Positions 19,477 to 29,372 of a stretch of 64,000 bases of DNA are shown in pieces. The notes beneath the pieces are model-generated. The model saw only the letters and a list, made by a program, of their open reading frames with translations. It made no database searches and was not told where the DNA came from. A program made the translations under genes and the position numbers. Each line of letters opens with the position of its first letter. Position 1 is the first letter of the stretch. Source of the DNA: an uncultured Chloroflexia bacterium (GTDB lineage: Bacteria; Chloroflexota; Anaerolineae; CG2-30-64-16); the NCBI GenBank assembly GCA_963810095.1, contig CAWEMM010000010.1, forward strand, positions 64,001 through 128,000, in the 5' to 3' direction.

Positions 19477-19942
19477 GAACGACATAAACCAGGTTTCTGC
19501 CAGAAACCTGGTTTCGCCCTCATCCTTCGAGCCCGTCATCGTCGGCTTCACCTGCAACTGGTGCTCCTACCGGGCCGCCGACTCGGCCGGCATGGCCCGC
19601 ATCAAGTACGCACCGAACGTGCGGTTGATCCGGCTGATGTGTTCGGGGCGTTGGGACCCGCAATTCGTGCTCAAGGCGTTCAGCGAGGGCGCGGACGCGG
19701 TGCTGGTCAGCGGCTGCCACCCCGGCGACTGCCACTACCTGGAGCAGAACTACAAAACCATCCGCCGTTTCGAGCTGCTGAAGAAGACGTTGGCCGCCCT
19801 GGGCGTCGAAGAGGGCCGGGTGAAGCTGGTCTGGGCGTCGGCCGCCGAGGGCGCCATCTTGGCCGAGGAGATCGACCACATGGTGGCCGAGGTCAAGGCG
19901 CTGGGGCCCCTGAACTGGCCGGGAGGCAAGAATGGCAGCTAA
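19469..19942 (+). CDS. mvhD: MvhD [2Fe-2S] adaptor subunit
   Basis: FTCNWCSY.AAD, LMCSGR, GCHPGDCHY, WASAAEG. Confidence 0.93.
   Translation: MPENDINQVSARNLVSPSSFEPVIVGFTCNWCSYRAADSAGMARIKYAPNVRLIRLMCSGRWDPQFVLKAFSEGADAVLVSGCHPGDCHYLEQNYKTIRRFELLKKTLAALGVEEGRVKLVWASAAEGAILAEEIDHMVAEVKALGPLNWPGGKNGS
19486..19515. repeat. family C repeat (GAAACCRGGTTTC doublet) in-frame in the mvhD 5' end; single unit at 19441-19453 in the hdrA 3' end
   Basis: AAACCAGGTTTCTGCCAGAAACCTGGTTTC, nearly identical to intergenic 30386-30415. Confidence 0.8.
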
Positions 19943-20932
19943 CGAGGGCCAGGCGAATGGGCACAAGCCCAAATTCGCGATGTATTGGGCGGCCTCCTGC
20001 GGCGGCTGCGAGATCGCGGTGCTAAACACCCACGAGCTCATTCTGGAGGTCGACGCCAACTTCGACGTCGTCTTCTGGCCCGTCGCAATGGACGCCAAGT
20101 ACAAGGACGTCGAAGCGATGGAGGACGGCTCCATCACGCTCTGTCTCTTCAACGGCGCGATCCGTAACGACGAGAACGAGGAGATGGCCCACTTGCTGCG
20201 TCGGAAATCCCAGATTCTCGTCGCGTTCGGCTCGTGCGCCTGCGAGGGTTGCATTCCCGGACTGGCGAACCTGTACAGCAAGGAGGCCATGCTCGACACG
20301 GCCTTCAGCACGGTCACGACGGACAACCCGCTGAATCTCCGGCCGGTGATCGCATACGATATGCCCGAAGGCAAGATCGAAATCCCGTACATCTACGACA
20401 CGGTGCGCACCCTCGACCAGGTGGTGCGGGTCGACTACACGATGCCCGGTTGCCCGCCCGAGAGCCACCAGATCGCAGCAGTCGTGCAACTGGTCATCGC
20501 AGCCCTCCACGGCGAGGCGAGCCTGCCGCCGCGCGGTTCTGTGATCGGCGCGGGCAACAGCACCGTGTGCGACGAGTGCCAGCGCACGCGCTCGAGAAGG
20601 TGCTCACGGAGTTCCGGCGCATGGCAACCTACCAACCCGAGCCGGTCCAATGCCTGCTCGAGCAGGGGATCCTTTGCTCGGGGATGGCGACCCGCTCGGG
20701 CTGCAACGCCCGCTGCCCGACCGCTAATATGCCTTGCATCGGCTGCTACGGGCCGGCCGCGGGGGTGGTCGACCAGGGCGCGCGCATGATGAGCGCGGTC
20801 GCTTCGGTGATCGGGAGCAACGACCCGAAGGAAATCAGGCGTATCCTTGACGGCATCCCCGATCCTGCCGGGACGTTCTACCGTTTCAGCCTGCCCAGCA
20901 GCCTGCTTCGCCACGGGCGGACGACGAGTTAG
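19932..20932 (+). CDS. mvhG: [NiFe] hydrogenase small subunit MvhG, frameshift near 20590
   Basis: SCGGC, FGSCA, PGCPP, VCDEC in the first frame; CLLEQG..C.G..TRSGC.A.CP....CIGCYGP in the second. Confidence 0.9.
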
Positions 20933-21381
20933 CAACGGATTACACGGATTTCCGGGGCGTTTCATTGGGAGTAGCCTGTGACGCCACTGTTGTATGAGGA
21001 GCTCACCTATGCCGTGATCGGCGCGGCGATGGAAGTGCATAGAACCCTGGGGCCGGGATATCTCGAAGCGGTTTACCAGGCGGCCCTGGCGGAGGAACTC
21101 CGCTTACGCGGAATTCAGTTTGCCGAACAGAAGCCGCTGTCGGTTGTGTACAAAGGCGTCACGGTCGGCCAGTACGTGGCGGACTTTCTGGTGGAAGACT
21201 CTGTCATCCTGGAGCTCAAGGCCGTAACCACGCTTGCAGCCAACCACAAGGCGCAGGCCATCAACTATCTTGCGGCTACAGGTCTCACGTTGGCGCTGCT
21301 GCTAAACCTTGGCGCTCCATCACTGCAACACGAGCGCCTGATCCGTTTACCAAAATCCGCCAAATCCGTGTAATCCGTTGC
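20932..21381. mobile_element. putative GxxExxY element bounded by perfect 20-bp inverted repeats
   Basis: GCAACGGATTACACGGATTT (20932-20951) and AAATCCGTGTAATCCGTTGC (21362-21381) are exact reverse complements. Confidence 0.7.
20978..21373 (+). CDS. GxxExxY protein (PD-(D/E)XK-like)
   Basis: IGAAMEVHRTLGPGYLEAVY, ADFLVEDSVILELKAV, AQAINYL.ATG....LLLN. Confidence 0.93.
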   Translation: MTPLLYEELTYAVIGAAMEVHRTLGPGYLEAVYQAALAEELRLRGIQFAEQKPLSVVYKGVTVGQYVADFLVEDSVILELKAVTTLAANHKAQAINYLAATGLTLALLLNLGAPSLQHERLIRLPKSAKSV

Positions 21382-21402
21382 CAAGCGGTGTCGGAGGGAG
21401 TA

Positions 21403-22869
21403 ATGCAGAGAATCACGATCGATCCGATCACGCGGCTGGAAGGCCACGGCAAAATTACGATCTTCCTGAACGACGAGGGCGACGTTGCCAACACCTACTT
21501 CCAAATCCCCGAACTGCGCGGGTTCGAGCAGTTTGCGGTGGGCCGCCCCGTCGAGGAAATGGCGGTGATCACGAACCGCATCTGCGGCGTGTGCCCCGAA
21601 GCGCACCACATGGCCGCAGCCAAGGCGGCCGATGCCGCGTATCACGTCACCCCGCCCCGCACCGGCCGCATGTTGCGCGAACTGCTGTACAGCGCCTTCT
21701 ACTGCACCGATCACACGACCCACTTCTATGCGCTGGGCGGCCCGGATTTCATCATGGGACCGGACGCGCCGGTAGCGGAGCGCAATATCCTCGGCGTGAT
21801 CCACAAGGTAGGGCTCGAGGTCGGCGGCAAGGTCATCCAAATGCGCAAGTACGGGCACACAGTCGTCGAAATGATCGGCGGCCGCAAGGTGCACCCGTGC
21901 ACTTCGATTCCGGGCGGCGTGAGCCACGGCATCACGGAGGAGCAGCGCCGGGAGATCGAGGCGATGGGGCGATGGGCCGTCGAGTTCGCCCAGTTCACGA
22001 TGCAGGCCTTCAACGACCTTGTCCTGGGGAACGAGGTCTACCGCGACTTGATCCTTGGCGACGCCTACCTGCACCGCACCTATTCGATCGGGATGGTGGA
22101 CGAGAACAACAAGGTCAACTTCTACGACGGCAAGATCAGCGTGGTCGACCCGAACGGCGCGCGCATCGGAAAATATGCAGCGCCCGAGTACACCGACTGG
22201 ATCGCCGAACACGTCGAGCCGTGGACCTATCTGAAGTTCCCCTATCTCAAGAAGGTGGGCTGGAAGGGGTTTGTCGACGGGCCGGACTCTGGCGTGTACA
22301 TGGCGACGCCCTTGTCGAGGCTCAATGCGGCCGATGGGATGGCTACCCCGTGTGCGCAGGCGGAGTACGAGCGGTTCTATGGCACGATCGGCAGCAAGCC
22401 CGTGCATCACCGGCTGGCGATTCACTGGGCGCGGCTGATCGAGTTGATGTACGCAGCCGAGCGTTGGGTTGAGTTGGCAACCGACCCCGAGATCACTTCG
22501 CCCCACGTGCGCACCGTGCCGGACGCTACGCCCACCGAGGGCGTCGGCGTCGTGGAGGCGCCGCGCGGCACCTTAACCCATCACTACTGGACCGACGAAC
22601 GCGGGGTGGTCACGAGGGCCAACCTGGTTGTGGGCACGACGAACAACTACGCCCCGATCTCGATGTCGATCTCTAAGGCAGCCAGTACGTTCATTAAGCA
22701 CGGGACAGTTGTAACGGAGGGGCTGCTGAACCGGGTCGAAATGGCATTTCGGGCGTACGATCCCTGCTTCGGCTGCGCCACCCACAGCCTGCCCGGTCAA
22801 ATGCCGCTCGAACTGACCATCCGCGACGCGGCCGGCGAAGTCGTGCAGATTTTGCGACGCGATGGATAG
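21403..22869 (+). CDS. mvhA: group 3c [NiFe] hydrogenase large subunit MvhA
   Basis: TRLEGHG, RGFE, RICGVC (L1), EAPRG, RAYDPCFGCATH (L2) plus C-terminal extension. Confidence 0.95.
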   Translation: MQRITIDPITRLEGHGKITIFLNDEGDVANTYFQIPELRGFEQFAVGRPVEEMAVITNRICGVCPEAHHMAAAKAADAAYHVTPPRTGRMLRELLYSAFYCTDHTTHFYALGGPDFIMGPDAPVAERNILGVIHKVGLEVGGKVIQMRKYGHTVVEMIGGRKVHPCTSIPGGVSHGITEEQRREIEAMGRWAVEFAQFTMQAFNDLVLGNEVYRDLILGDAYLHRTYSIGMVDENNKVNFYDGKISVVDPNGARIGKYAAPEYTDWIAEHVEPWTYLKFPYLKKVGWKGFVDGPDSGVYMATPLSRLNAADGMATPCAQAEYERFYGTIGSKPVHHRLAIHWARLIELMYAAERWVELATDPEITSPHVRTVPDATPTEGVGVVEAPRGTLTHHYWTDERGVVTRANLVVGTTNNYAPISMSISKAASTFIKHGTVVTEGLLNRVEMAFRAYDPCFGCATHSLPGQMPLELTIRDAAGEVVQILRRDG

Positions 22870-22875
22870 TCCCTC

Positions 22876-22941
22876 TCAACACAAAGACACCGAGGCACAA
22901 TGAAACCTCACCACCTCCGTGTCTTTGTGCCTTTGTGTTGA
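22876..22941. repeat. family A palindrome
   Basis: TCAACACAAAGACACCGAGGCACAA...GTGTCTTTGTGCCTTTGTGTTGA just after the mvhA stop. Confidence 0.85.
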
Positions 22942-22964
22942 ACGAGCCTTCGCCTGAGGGGGTT

Positions 22965-23423
22965 ATGGAGTCACCGCGCACGCTCGTCCTCGGACTCGGC
23001 AATCCGATCCTGCGCGATGACGGGGTCGGCTGGCGGGTGGTCGAGGAGGCGCAGCGCCGGGCGCCGCACGTCACTGCCGAGTTTGACTGCGTGGCACTGG
23101 GCGGCCTGGCACTGATGGAGCGGCTGATCGGCTATGAGAGGGCAATCTTGGTCGACGCGATCCAGACCGCAGATGGTCTGCCGGGTTCAGTTTATCGCCT
23201 CGACCTGGACGATCTTCCAACCATGCATGCGAACGCCATCCATGACGCCTCGCTCAAGGATGCGCTCGTGCTCGGCCGGCGACTGGGCGCCGTGCTGCCG
23301 TCCCAGCTGTTGATTATCGCGGTCGAAGCTGCGGACGTGTTGAACTTTGGGGAAACGCTGTCGCCGCCGGTCGAGGCTGCCGTGCCGGCCGCTGTGGACG
23401 CGGTGCTTGCGGCGCTAGTCTGA
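22965..23423 (+). CDS. hydrogenase maturation protease
   Basis: LGLGNPILRDDGVG, VDAI, HD, GETLSPPV. Confidence 0.92.
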   Translation: MESPRTLVLGLGNPILRDDGVGWRVVEEAQRRAPHVTAEFDCVALGGLALMERLIGYERAILVDAIQTADGLPGSVYRLDLDDLPTMHANAIHDASLKDALVLGRRLGAVLPSQLLIIAVEAADVLNFGETLSPPVEAAVPAAVDAVLAALV

Positions 23424-23447
23424 GAGGGGCTGGCGCGGGTTGAGCTT

Positions 23448-23509
23448 AACCACAAAGACACCAAGAAACGAAGGTTCTGTGCCCTTCAGTGTCTTCGTGT
23501 CTTTGTGTT
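23448..23509. repeat. family A palindrome
   Basis: AACCACAAAGACACCAAGAAAC...GTGTCTTCGTGTCTTTGTGTT. Confidence 0.85.
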
Positions 23510-23572
23510 GAGTGCCTTAGGTCCACAGGGACGCGACCGGCCCAGCCCCCATCAGGATAAGGGAGGGACCAC

Positions 23573-24028
23573 ATGATCTCACCGGAGATGTTACGCCGCC
23601 ACAGGTTTTCGGGCGGGCTGCGCGATGACGAGCTGGCAGCGATTGCCATGATTGCAGAGGAGTGCGGGTATCCCGACGGGGGCATCATCTTTCGCGAGGG
23701 TGAGCGGGCCGGGCACTTCTACATCCTGACGTCAGGCAGTGTGGACCTGGTCTACGAAATCCACCATCCCGGTGGTGTCGACACGTCCTACGTCGGCTCA
23801 ATCAACACAGGAGAGCCGTTCGGCATCTCGGCGTTCGTCGAACCTTACATCTTCAATGCTACGGGGCAGGCGCACGGCGCCGTCAAGGCGATCGCGATCG
23901 ACGCGGCCGCGCTGCGCGCGCTGTCGGAAGTCGACTGCCATCTCGGCTACACGGTCATGCGGCAGGTCGCAGTCGCCTTGGCCGAGCGCCTCAACTTTGC
24001 GCGGGTGCAGCTCGCCGCGTGCGGGTGA
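23573..24028 (+). CDS. stand-alone cyclic-nucleotide-binding domain protein
   Basis: IFREGE....FYIL.SG.V, GEPFG; no HTH. Confidence 0.85.
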   Translation: MISPEMLRRHRFSGGLRDDELAAIAMIAEECGYPDGGIIFREGERAGHFYILTSGSVDLVYEIHHPGGVDTSYVGSINTGEPFGISAFVEPYIFNATGQAHGAVKAIAIDAAALRALSEVDCHLGYTVMRQVAVALAERLNFARVQLAACG

Positions 24029-24034
24029 GAAGAC

Positions 24035-24113
24035 ATAACACAAAGACACGAGAGCGCAACCGAGCCGGAGCAGGTCCGCCTTGCATCTTCGTGTCTTTGT
24101 GGCTTTGTGTTAT
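24035..24113. repeat. family A palindrome between convergent genes
   Basis: ATAACACAAAGACACGAGAG...CTTCGTGTCTTTGTGGCTTTGTGTTAT. Confidence 0.85.
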
Positions 24114-24116
24114 TTG

Positions 24117-25215
24117 CTAGCAGATCCTCGGCAGTTGTTCCCCGCTCAGCATGTCCACTACCCGCTGGCCGCCGATGCGTGAGCGGATGACGACCCGCCT
24201 GGGGTGGTCGGCCACCACTTCGCCAATAATGGCGGCCTCCCGCCCGAGCGGATGGCCGCGCATGGCGGACAGCGCAGCATCGGCCTGAGCGGGCGCCACG
24301 ATCGCAATGGCTTTCCCCTCGTTTGCCACGTAGAGAGGGTCCAGCCCCAGGATTTCACACGCGCCTCGCACGGCGTCCCCGAGTGGGATCGCGGTTTCCA
24401 CCAACCGGACGCCCACTTTGGCCGCCTGCGCAATTTCGTTCAGCGCGCTGGAGACGCCCTCCGCGGGTGGGGTCGCGCAGGACGTGCACGTGCTGGCCCG
24501 CCGCGTCGAGCACCGCAGCCACCAGCGTATTCAACGGCGCGGAGTCGCTCACCAGCTCGGTCTCGAAGGCCAAGCCCTCCCGCACCGACATGATGGCCAT
24601 CCCGTGCTCGGCGATGCGGCCCGAGAGCAAGACTTTATCGCCCGGCTGCGCGCGAAGCGGCGAAATGTCAATGCCCTCGGGGACCACGCCGACGCCGGTC
24701 GTGTTGATGTAAATGCCGTCGCCTTTGCCGCGGTCCACCACCTTTGTATCACCCGTCGCCACCGGCGCTCCAACCGACCGGGCGGCCTCGGCCAGCGATT
24801 GCACGATGCGCCAGAGCTCGTCCATCGGCAGCCCCTCTTCGAGGATAAACCCCGCGGACAGGGCGAGCGGCTGCGCGCCGCACATGGCGAGATCGTTCAC
24901 CGTGCCGTGAACGGCCAGCGAGCCGATGTCGCCGCCGGGGAAGAAGCGCGGGCTGATGACGAAGGAGTCAGTCGAGAACGCCAGGCGCGCGCCCCGGCGG
25001 AGGTCCAGGATCGCGCCGTCGTGCAGCGTCTCGTCGGCAAGAGCCTGCTGCGCCGGCCGGCCGTTTCGGAACGCCGGCACGAACATCTTCTCGATCAACA
25101 TCTGTGTAAGGCGGCCGCCGCCGCCGTGGGCGAGCGTCACCGTCGGGTATTCGTTGATCGGGATGGGACACTGCAGTGCGAACGAGGTTTGTGGCGAGAA
25201 GGTGGGAGCGCTCAT
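24117..25215 (-). CDS. hypE: hydrogenase maturation protein HypE, frameshift near 24460
   Basis: [32 protein letters not shown]-terminal LPRIC. Confidence 0.93.
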
Positions 25216-26306
25216 GCGGTCCTTCCGTAGGTGAAATAGGCCGCGCAAGCGCCCTCGCTCGACACCATGGGCGCGCCGACCGGATGATCGGGGGTGCACA
25301 GTTGGCCAAACGCGCTGCACTGGTGCGGCTTCTTCAACCCACGCATGATTTCACCGGCAATGCAGACGCTTGACTCGGGCGCGGTAATGGCGGAAACGCC
25401 GAACCGCCGCTCGGCATCGAACGCCGCATACTCGGGCCGCAGGCGGTAGCCGCTCATTGGGATCACGCCGATTCCCCGCCACTGGCGGTCGGTCGTCTCG
25501 AAAACCTCGGCCAGGATGCGCTGCGCGGCCGGATTGCCTGCGCGCGTCACCAGCCGGCTGTACTGGTTCTCCACGTCGCAGCGGCCCGCTTCCAGCGCGG
25601 CGACGGCCATGTAGATACCTTGCAGCAGGTCGAGCGGCTCGAAGCCGGTTACGATGATAGGCACGCCGTACCTGGGGGCAATTGGCTCGTACTCCCAGTA
25701 GCCCATGACGGTGCAGACGTGGCCCGCAGCGAGGAAGGCCTGCACCTGGTTGTCGGGCGAAGACAGAATGGCCTCCATCGCCGGCGGCACAAGGACATGC
25801 GAGACGAGCACCGAGAAGTTGGTCAACCCCATCTGCCGCGCCTGGTAGACGGCCATCGCATTGCCCGGCGCGGTCGTCTCAAACCCGACGGCGAAGAAGA
25901 CTACCTGCTTGTCCGGATACTTCTGCGCCAGCTTGAGCGCGTCGAGCGGGGAGTACACCATGCGCACGTCGCCGCCCTGCGCTTTAATGCTCAGCAAGTC
26001 TGTGTTGGAGCCCGGGACGCGCAGCATGTCGCCGAACGACGTGAAGATGACGCCGGGCTGTCGCGCTATCGCCAGCGCCCGGTCGATCATCTCCAGGGGG
26101 GTCACGCAGACCGGGCAGCCCGGACCGTGAACCAGGGTGATGCTGTCCGGCAGCATACGGTCGATGCCCGACTTGATCAGCGTGTGGGTTTGCCCACCAC
26201 AGATCTCCATGATCTTCCACGGCCGCGTGATCTTACGCTCGATGGCGCGCAGCAGCACCTGCGCGTCCTCCTCGCGGCGGTATTCGTCGACAAAGCGCAG
26301 CGTCAT
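25212..26306 (-). CDS. hypD: hydrogenase maturation protein HypD
   Basis: [30 protein letters not shown]. Confidence 0.96.
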   Translation of the reverse strand: MTLRFVDEYRREEDAQVLLRAIERKITRPWKIMEICGGQTHTLIKSGIDRMLPDSITLVHGPGCPVCVTPLEMIDRALAIARQPGVIFTSFGDMLRVPGSNTDLLSIKAQGGDVRMVYSPLDALKLAQKYPDKQVVFFAVGFETTAPGNAMAVYQARQMGLTNFSVLVSHVLVPPAMEAILSSPDNQVQAFLAAGHVCTVMGYWEYEPIAPRYGVPIIVTGFEPLDLLQGIYMAVAALEAGRCDVENQYSRLVTRAGNPAAQRILAEVFETTDRQWRGIGVIPMSGYRLRPEYAAFDAERRFGVSAITAPESSVCIAGEIMRGLKKPHQCSAFGQLCTPDHPVGAPMVSSEGACAAYFTYGRTA

Positions 26307-26599
26307 ACCACAGCCGCGCCTTTCGGCACCTCAGGCGCCAGATCGACTTCTTCGGCCTGCATCATCTCGTCCAGTTCACCCATCTCGCGGAGCAGGGCGA
26401 AGACCTCTTCCGCTTCCTCTTCATTCAACTTGTTCAGCGCAAAGCCCGCGTGCACGATGACATAATCCCCGACCTCGGCCTCGGGCGTGTAGGCCAGGCA
26501 CACTTCTTTGGCCACTCCGCCGAAGCTCACCTTGCCCATCGTCATGCCGGCGGGGTTAGGGGTCATTTCAAGTATCTTACCCGGTACTCCCAGACACAT
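26303..26599 (-). CDS. hypC: hydrogenase chaperone HypC
   Basis: [18 protein letters not shown]. Confidence 0.96.
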   Translation of the reverse strand: MCLGVPGKILEMTPNPAGMTMGKVSFGGVAKEVCLAYTPEAEVGDYVIVHAGFALNKLNEEEAEEVFALLREMGELDEMMQAEEVDLAPEVPKGAAVV

Positions 26600-26621
26600 T
26601 ATTTAAGCTCCTAACGCTTAT

Positions 26622-26663
26622 GCCACAGAGGCCGCTCGAGACGCCTCGGGTGTCCTCAGTGGC
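26622..26663. repeat. degenerate family-A-like palindrome
   Basis: GCCACAGAGG...CCTCAGTGGC. Confidence 0.35.
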
Positions 26664-26778
26664 TAGACTAATCGCAAAGTGGAACCTGGAACCTATCCGA
26701 AAAATGCTCTGGCCGGTCTCCGCCGAACCAGACGGGGCACGGTCAGAGACCGGCCCCAGCTAATTCTCGGATAGATAC

Positions 26779-29136
26779 CTAGACCTGCCGTGCGGCCACC
26801 GCCAGCTGTCCGAGGCTGACACACCCGTCGTTTGGCGGGGTCTGGCGGTGCAGCAATACCTCAAAGCCGGCCTCGGCGAGCGCCCCGCTCGCCCGCTCCG
26901 TAAGGAGGCGGTTCTGGAAACAGCCACCGCTGAGCACGACGCGCGGATGGCCCACTCCACGCGCAACATCCACGACGGCACGGACAAGACCGTTGTGAAA
27001 GCGGCCCGCGATGGTTGGGGCAGGCACGGCACGGCGCACATCTTCGATCACCGCCTGCACGACCGGCTCCCAGTCGAGCAGGATACCACGGGTGACGACC
27101 GGGCCGTCAGTGTAACTTTTGTTCCTCAGCTCAAACGCATAAGCCCCACGTTCGGATACGTCGGCGATGTACTCGAGGTGAATCGCGGCTTGCCCTTCGA
27201 AGGTCACCGTCTGTGAAAGACCGGCAAGGCTGGCGATGCCGTCGAACAGGCGGCCCATGCTCGTCGTGGCCGGGCTGTTGATACGCCGGGCCAGCATCTG
27301 CGCCAGGAGGCGCTGCTCGGCATCCCTAAAGTGACGAGCCGGCGGCACATCGAGAGCAAAGGCGCCTTCGCCGTAGATCTCGAACAGCAAGGCCAGCGCG
27401 ACTCGACCGGGTTCGTGCACGGCGGCGTCCCCGCCCGGCAAAGTAAACGGCCGCAGGTGGGCGACCCGCTCATACCCCGTCGCATCGCCCAGGAGAAACT
27501 CACCGCCCCAGATTGCACCGTCCGTGCCGTAGCCGGTGCCGTCCCAAACCACGCCCAGCGCGGGGCCGGTGACCTGGTTTTCGGCCAGGCACGCCGCGAG
27601 GTGCGCGTGGTGGTGCTGCACCCCGATCAGCGGAACGGCGAAGCGCTGCTGCTCGACGGCCCAGCGGGTGGACACGTACTCCGGATGGAGGTCGTGCGCA
27701 ATGGCCTGCGGCGTCACCTCGTACAGGCGCAGGAAGTCCGCGATAACGTGTTCGAATGCGGCGAGCGCTTCCGGGGTTTCGAGGTCTCCGATATGTTGGC
27801 TGATGAAGGCCTGGCGCCCGACACTCAGGCTGACCGTGTTCTTCAGGTGGGGCCCAACGGCCAGAATCGGCGGCGCTTCGTCCTTGAGCAAGACGGGCAG
27901 CGGCGCGTAGCCACGCGCCCGCCGCAGCAGCCTCGGGGCGCCGGCTACGACCCATGCGATGCTGTCGTCCGCATGGCGCTCGATGGGCCGGTCGTGAACC
28001 AGGAAGCCATCGACCATGTGCCCGAGCCGGTCCAACGCGCCGGCCTCGTCCGTGCAGATCGGCTCGTCGCTCAGGTTGCCGCTGGTCGCGACGACCGGGA
28101 AGCCCAACTCGGCCATGAGCAGATGGTGCAGCGGCGTGTAGGGCAGCATGACGCCCAGGGTTGGGTTGTCGGGTGCAACCAGCGGACTCACGCCGCCGGT
28201 CGCAGCGCGCCGCTCGAGCAGCACAATTGGCGCTTCGGGCGATGTGAGCAACGCCTCCGCTGCCGCGGGGACCTCGCAATGCGCCTGCACCCACGCCAGG
28301 TCGGGCGCCATGATTGCAAACGGCCGGTCGGGCCGCGGCTTGCGTTGGCGAAGCGCCGCCACTGCCGCGTCGTTCCGCGCGTCGCACATCAGGTGGAAGC
28401 CACCCAGACCCTTGACCGCCAGGGTGCGCCCTTCTCGCAGCGCACCGGCCGCCCGCGCCAGCGCGTCTGCACCGGCAACGGTTTGCGCCTTCGCGCCCTT
28501 GTTCTGCGCGTCTGCGCGCTCCAGATATCTGATCTGTGGCCCACACACGGGGCACGCGTTGGGCTGCGCATGGAAACGGCGGTCAAGCGGGTCTTCGTAC
28601 TCGTGCCGGCACGCGGGGCACATGATGAAGCGGCGCATGGTCGTGTTCGGCCGGTCGTAGGGCAGTGCCTGGATGATCGTAAAGCGCGGGCCGCAGTTGG
28701 TGCAGTTGGTGAAGGGATACCCGTGGCGCCGGTCAGCAGGATCGAAGATCTCGGCCAGGCAGTCGGGGCAAGTGGCAATGTCGGGCAGGATCAGGACGGT
28801 CTTGGCGCCCGTCTCCTCGCTGTGGCGGATTTCGAACCGCTCGTACCCCGCGGGGGCCAGCCATTCGTGGTTGAGCGACTGGACGATGGCGCGGGGCGGG
28901 ACCTCTTGCGGCAGGCGCGCCAGAAAGCGCTGTACGGTATCGCGTGCGCCTTCGACCTCGATGAACACGCCGGCTGCGTCGTTGATGACCCAGCCGCAGA
29001 GGCCGAGCTCGGTCGCCAGCCGGTACACGAACGGCCGAAAGCCGACCCCTTGCACCGCGCCGTGGATTTCGACGCCGAGCCTGGAGCGAGCGGATTCTGC
29101 GGAGCCTCCCGTTTGACTATGTGACATAATATACAT
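26779..29136 (-). CDS. hypF: carbamoyltransferase HypF
   Basis: VQGVGFRPF, CxxC zinc fingers, RRFHAQP, RRARGY, QHHHAH, DGTGYG; start may be 29127. Confidence 0.96.
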   Translation of the reverse strand: MYIMSHSQTGGSAESARSRLGVEIHGAVQGVGFRPFVYRLATELGLCGWVINDAAGVFIEVEGARDTVQRFLARLPQEVPPRAIVQSLNHEWLAPAGYERFEIRHSEETGAKTVLILPDIATCPDCLAEIFDPADRRHGYPFTNCTNCGPRFTIIQALPYDRPNTTMRRFIMCPACRHEYEDPLDRRFHAQPNACPVCGPQIRYLERADAQNKGAKAQTVAGADALARAAGALREGRTLAVKGLGGFHLMCDARNDAAVAALRQRKPRPDRPFAIMAPDLAWVQAHCEVPAAAEALLTSPEAPIVLLERRAATGGVSPLVAPDNPTLGVMLPYTPLHHLLMAELGFPVVATSGNLSDEPICTDEAGALDRLGHMVDGFLVHDRPIERHADDSIAWVVAGAPRLLRRARGYAPLPVLLKDEAPPILAVGPHLKNTVSLSVGRQAFISQHIGDLETPEALAAFEHVIADFLRLYEVTPQAIAHDLHPEYVSTRWAVEQQRFAVPLIGVQHHHAHLAACLAENQVTGPALGVVWDGTGYGTDGAIWGGEFLLGDATGYERVAHLRPFTLPGGDAAVHEPGRVALALLFEIYGEGAFALDVPPARHFRDAEQRLLAQMLARRINSPATTSMGRLFDGIASLAGLSQTVTFEGQAAIHLEYIADVSERGAYAFELRNKSYTDGPVVTRGILLDWEPVVQAVIEDVRRAVPAPTIAGRFHNGLVRAVVDVARGVGHPRVVLSGGCFQNRLLTERASGALAEAGFEVLLHRQTPPNDGCVSLGQLAVAARQV

Positions 29137-29274
29137 TATAACTCAAACCGGGCTGACTGGCAAAGGGCAGTTGTTCAGTCGCAAGATGACCTCGCGCACG
29201 CGCGTCCACAGCGCGTCCGTTCCACTTTGCGACTAGAAATCCACCCGCGTGGCCGGACAACGCCGAATGAAAAT

Positions 29275-29364
29275 AGGACACTGATTGAACGGATTCGACT
29301 GATTATCAAGATCTTGGTCCCAACGGGCAGTGCAAATCAGTTCAATCAGATAAATCAGCGTCCT
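29275..29364. repeat. family B palindrome (GGACACTGATTGAACGGATT...AATCAGCGTCC)
   Basis: Arms of 9-nt CTGATT/CGGATT units, just after the hypB stop. Confidence 0.8.
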
Positions 29365-29372
29365 TTTTCAGA

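Noticed and set aside
17416-22869. Selenocysteine in HdrA, MvhD or MvhA
   Set aside because: All are uninterrupted ORFs with Cys at the relevant sites (LDCSAC, CNWC, GCHPGDCH, DPCFGC).
22876-24113. Clustered ACACAAAGACAC repeats as a CRISPR array
   Set aside because: Copies are inverted, variable and separated by whole genes; there is no repeat-spacer periodicity and no cas gene.
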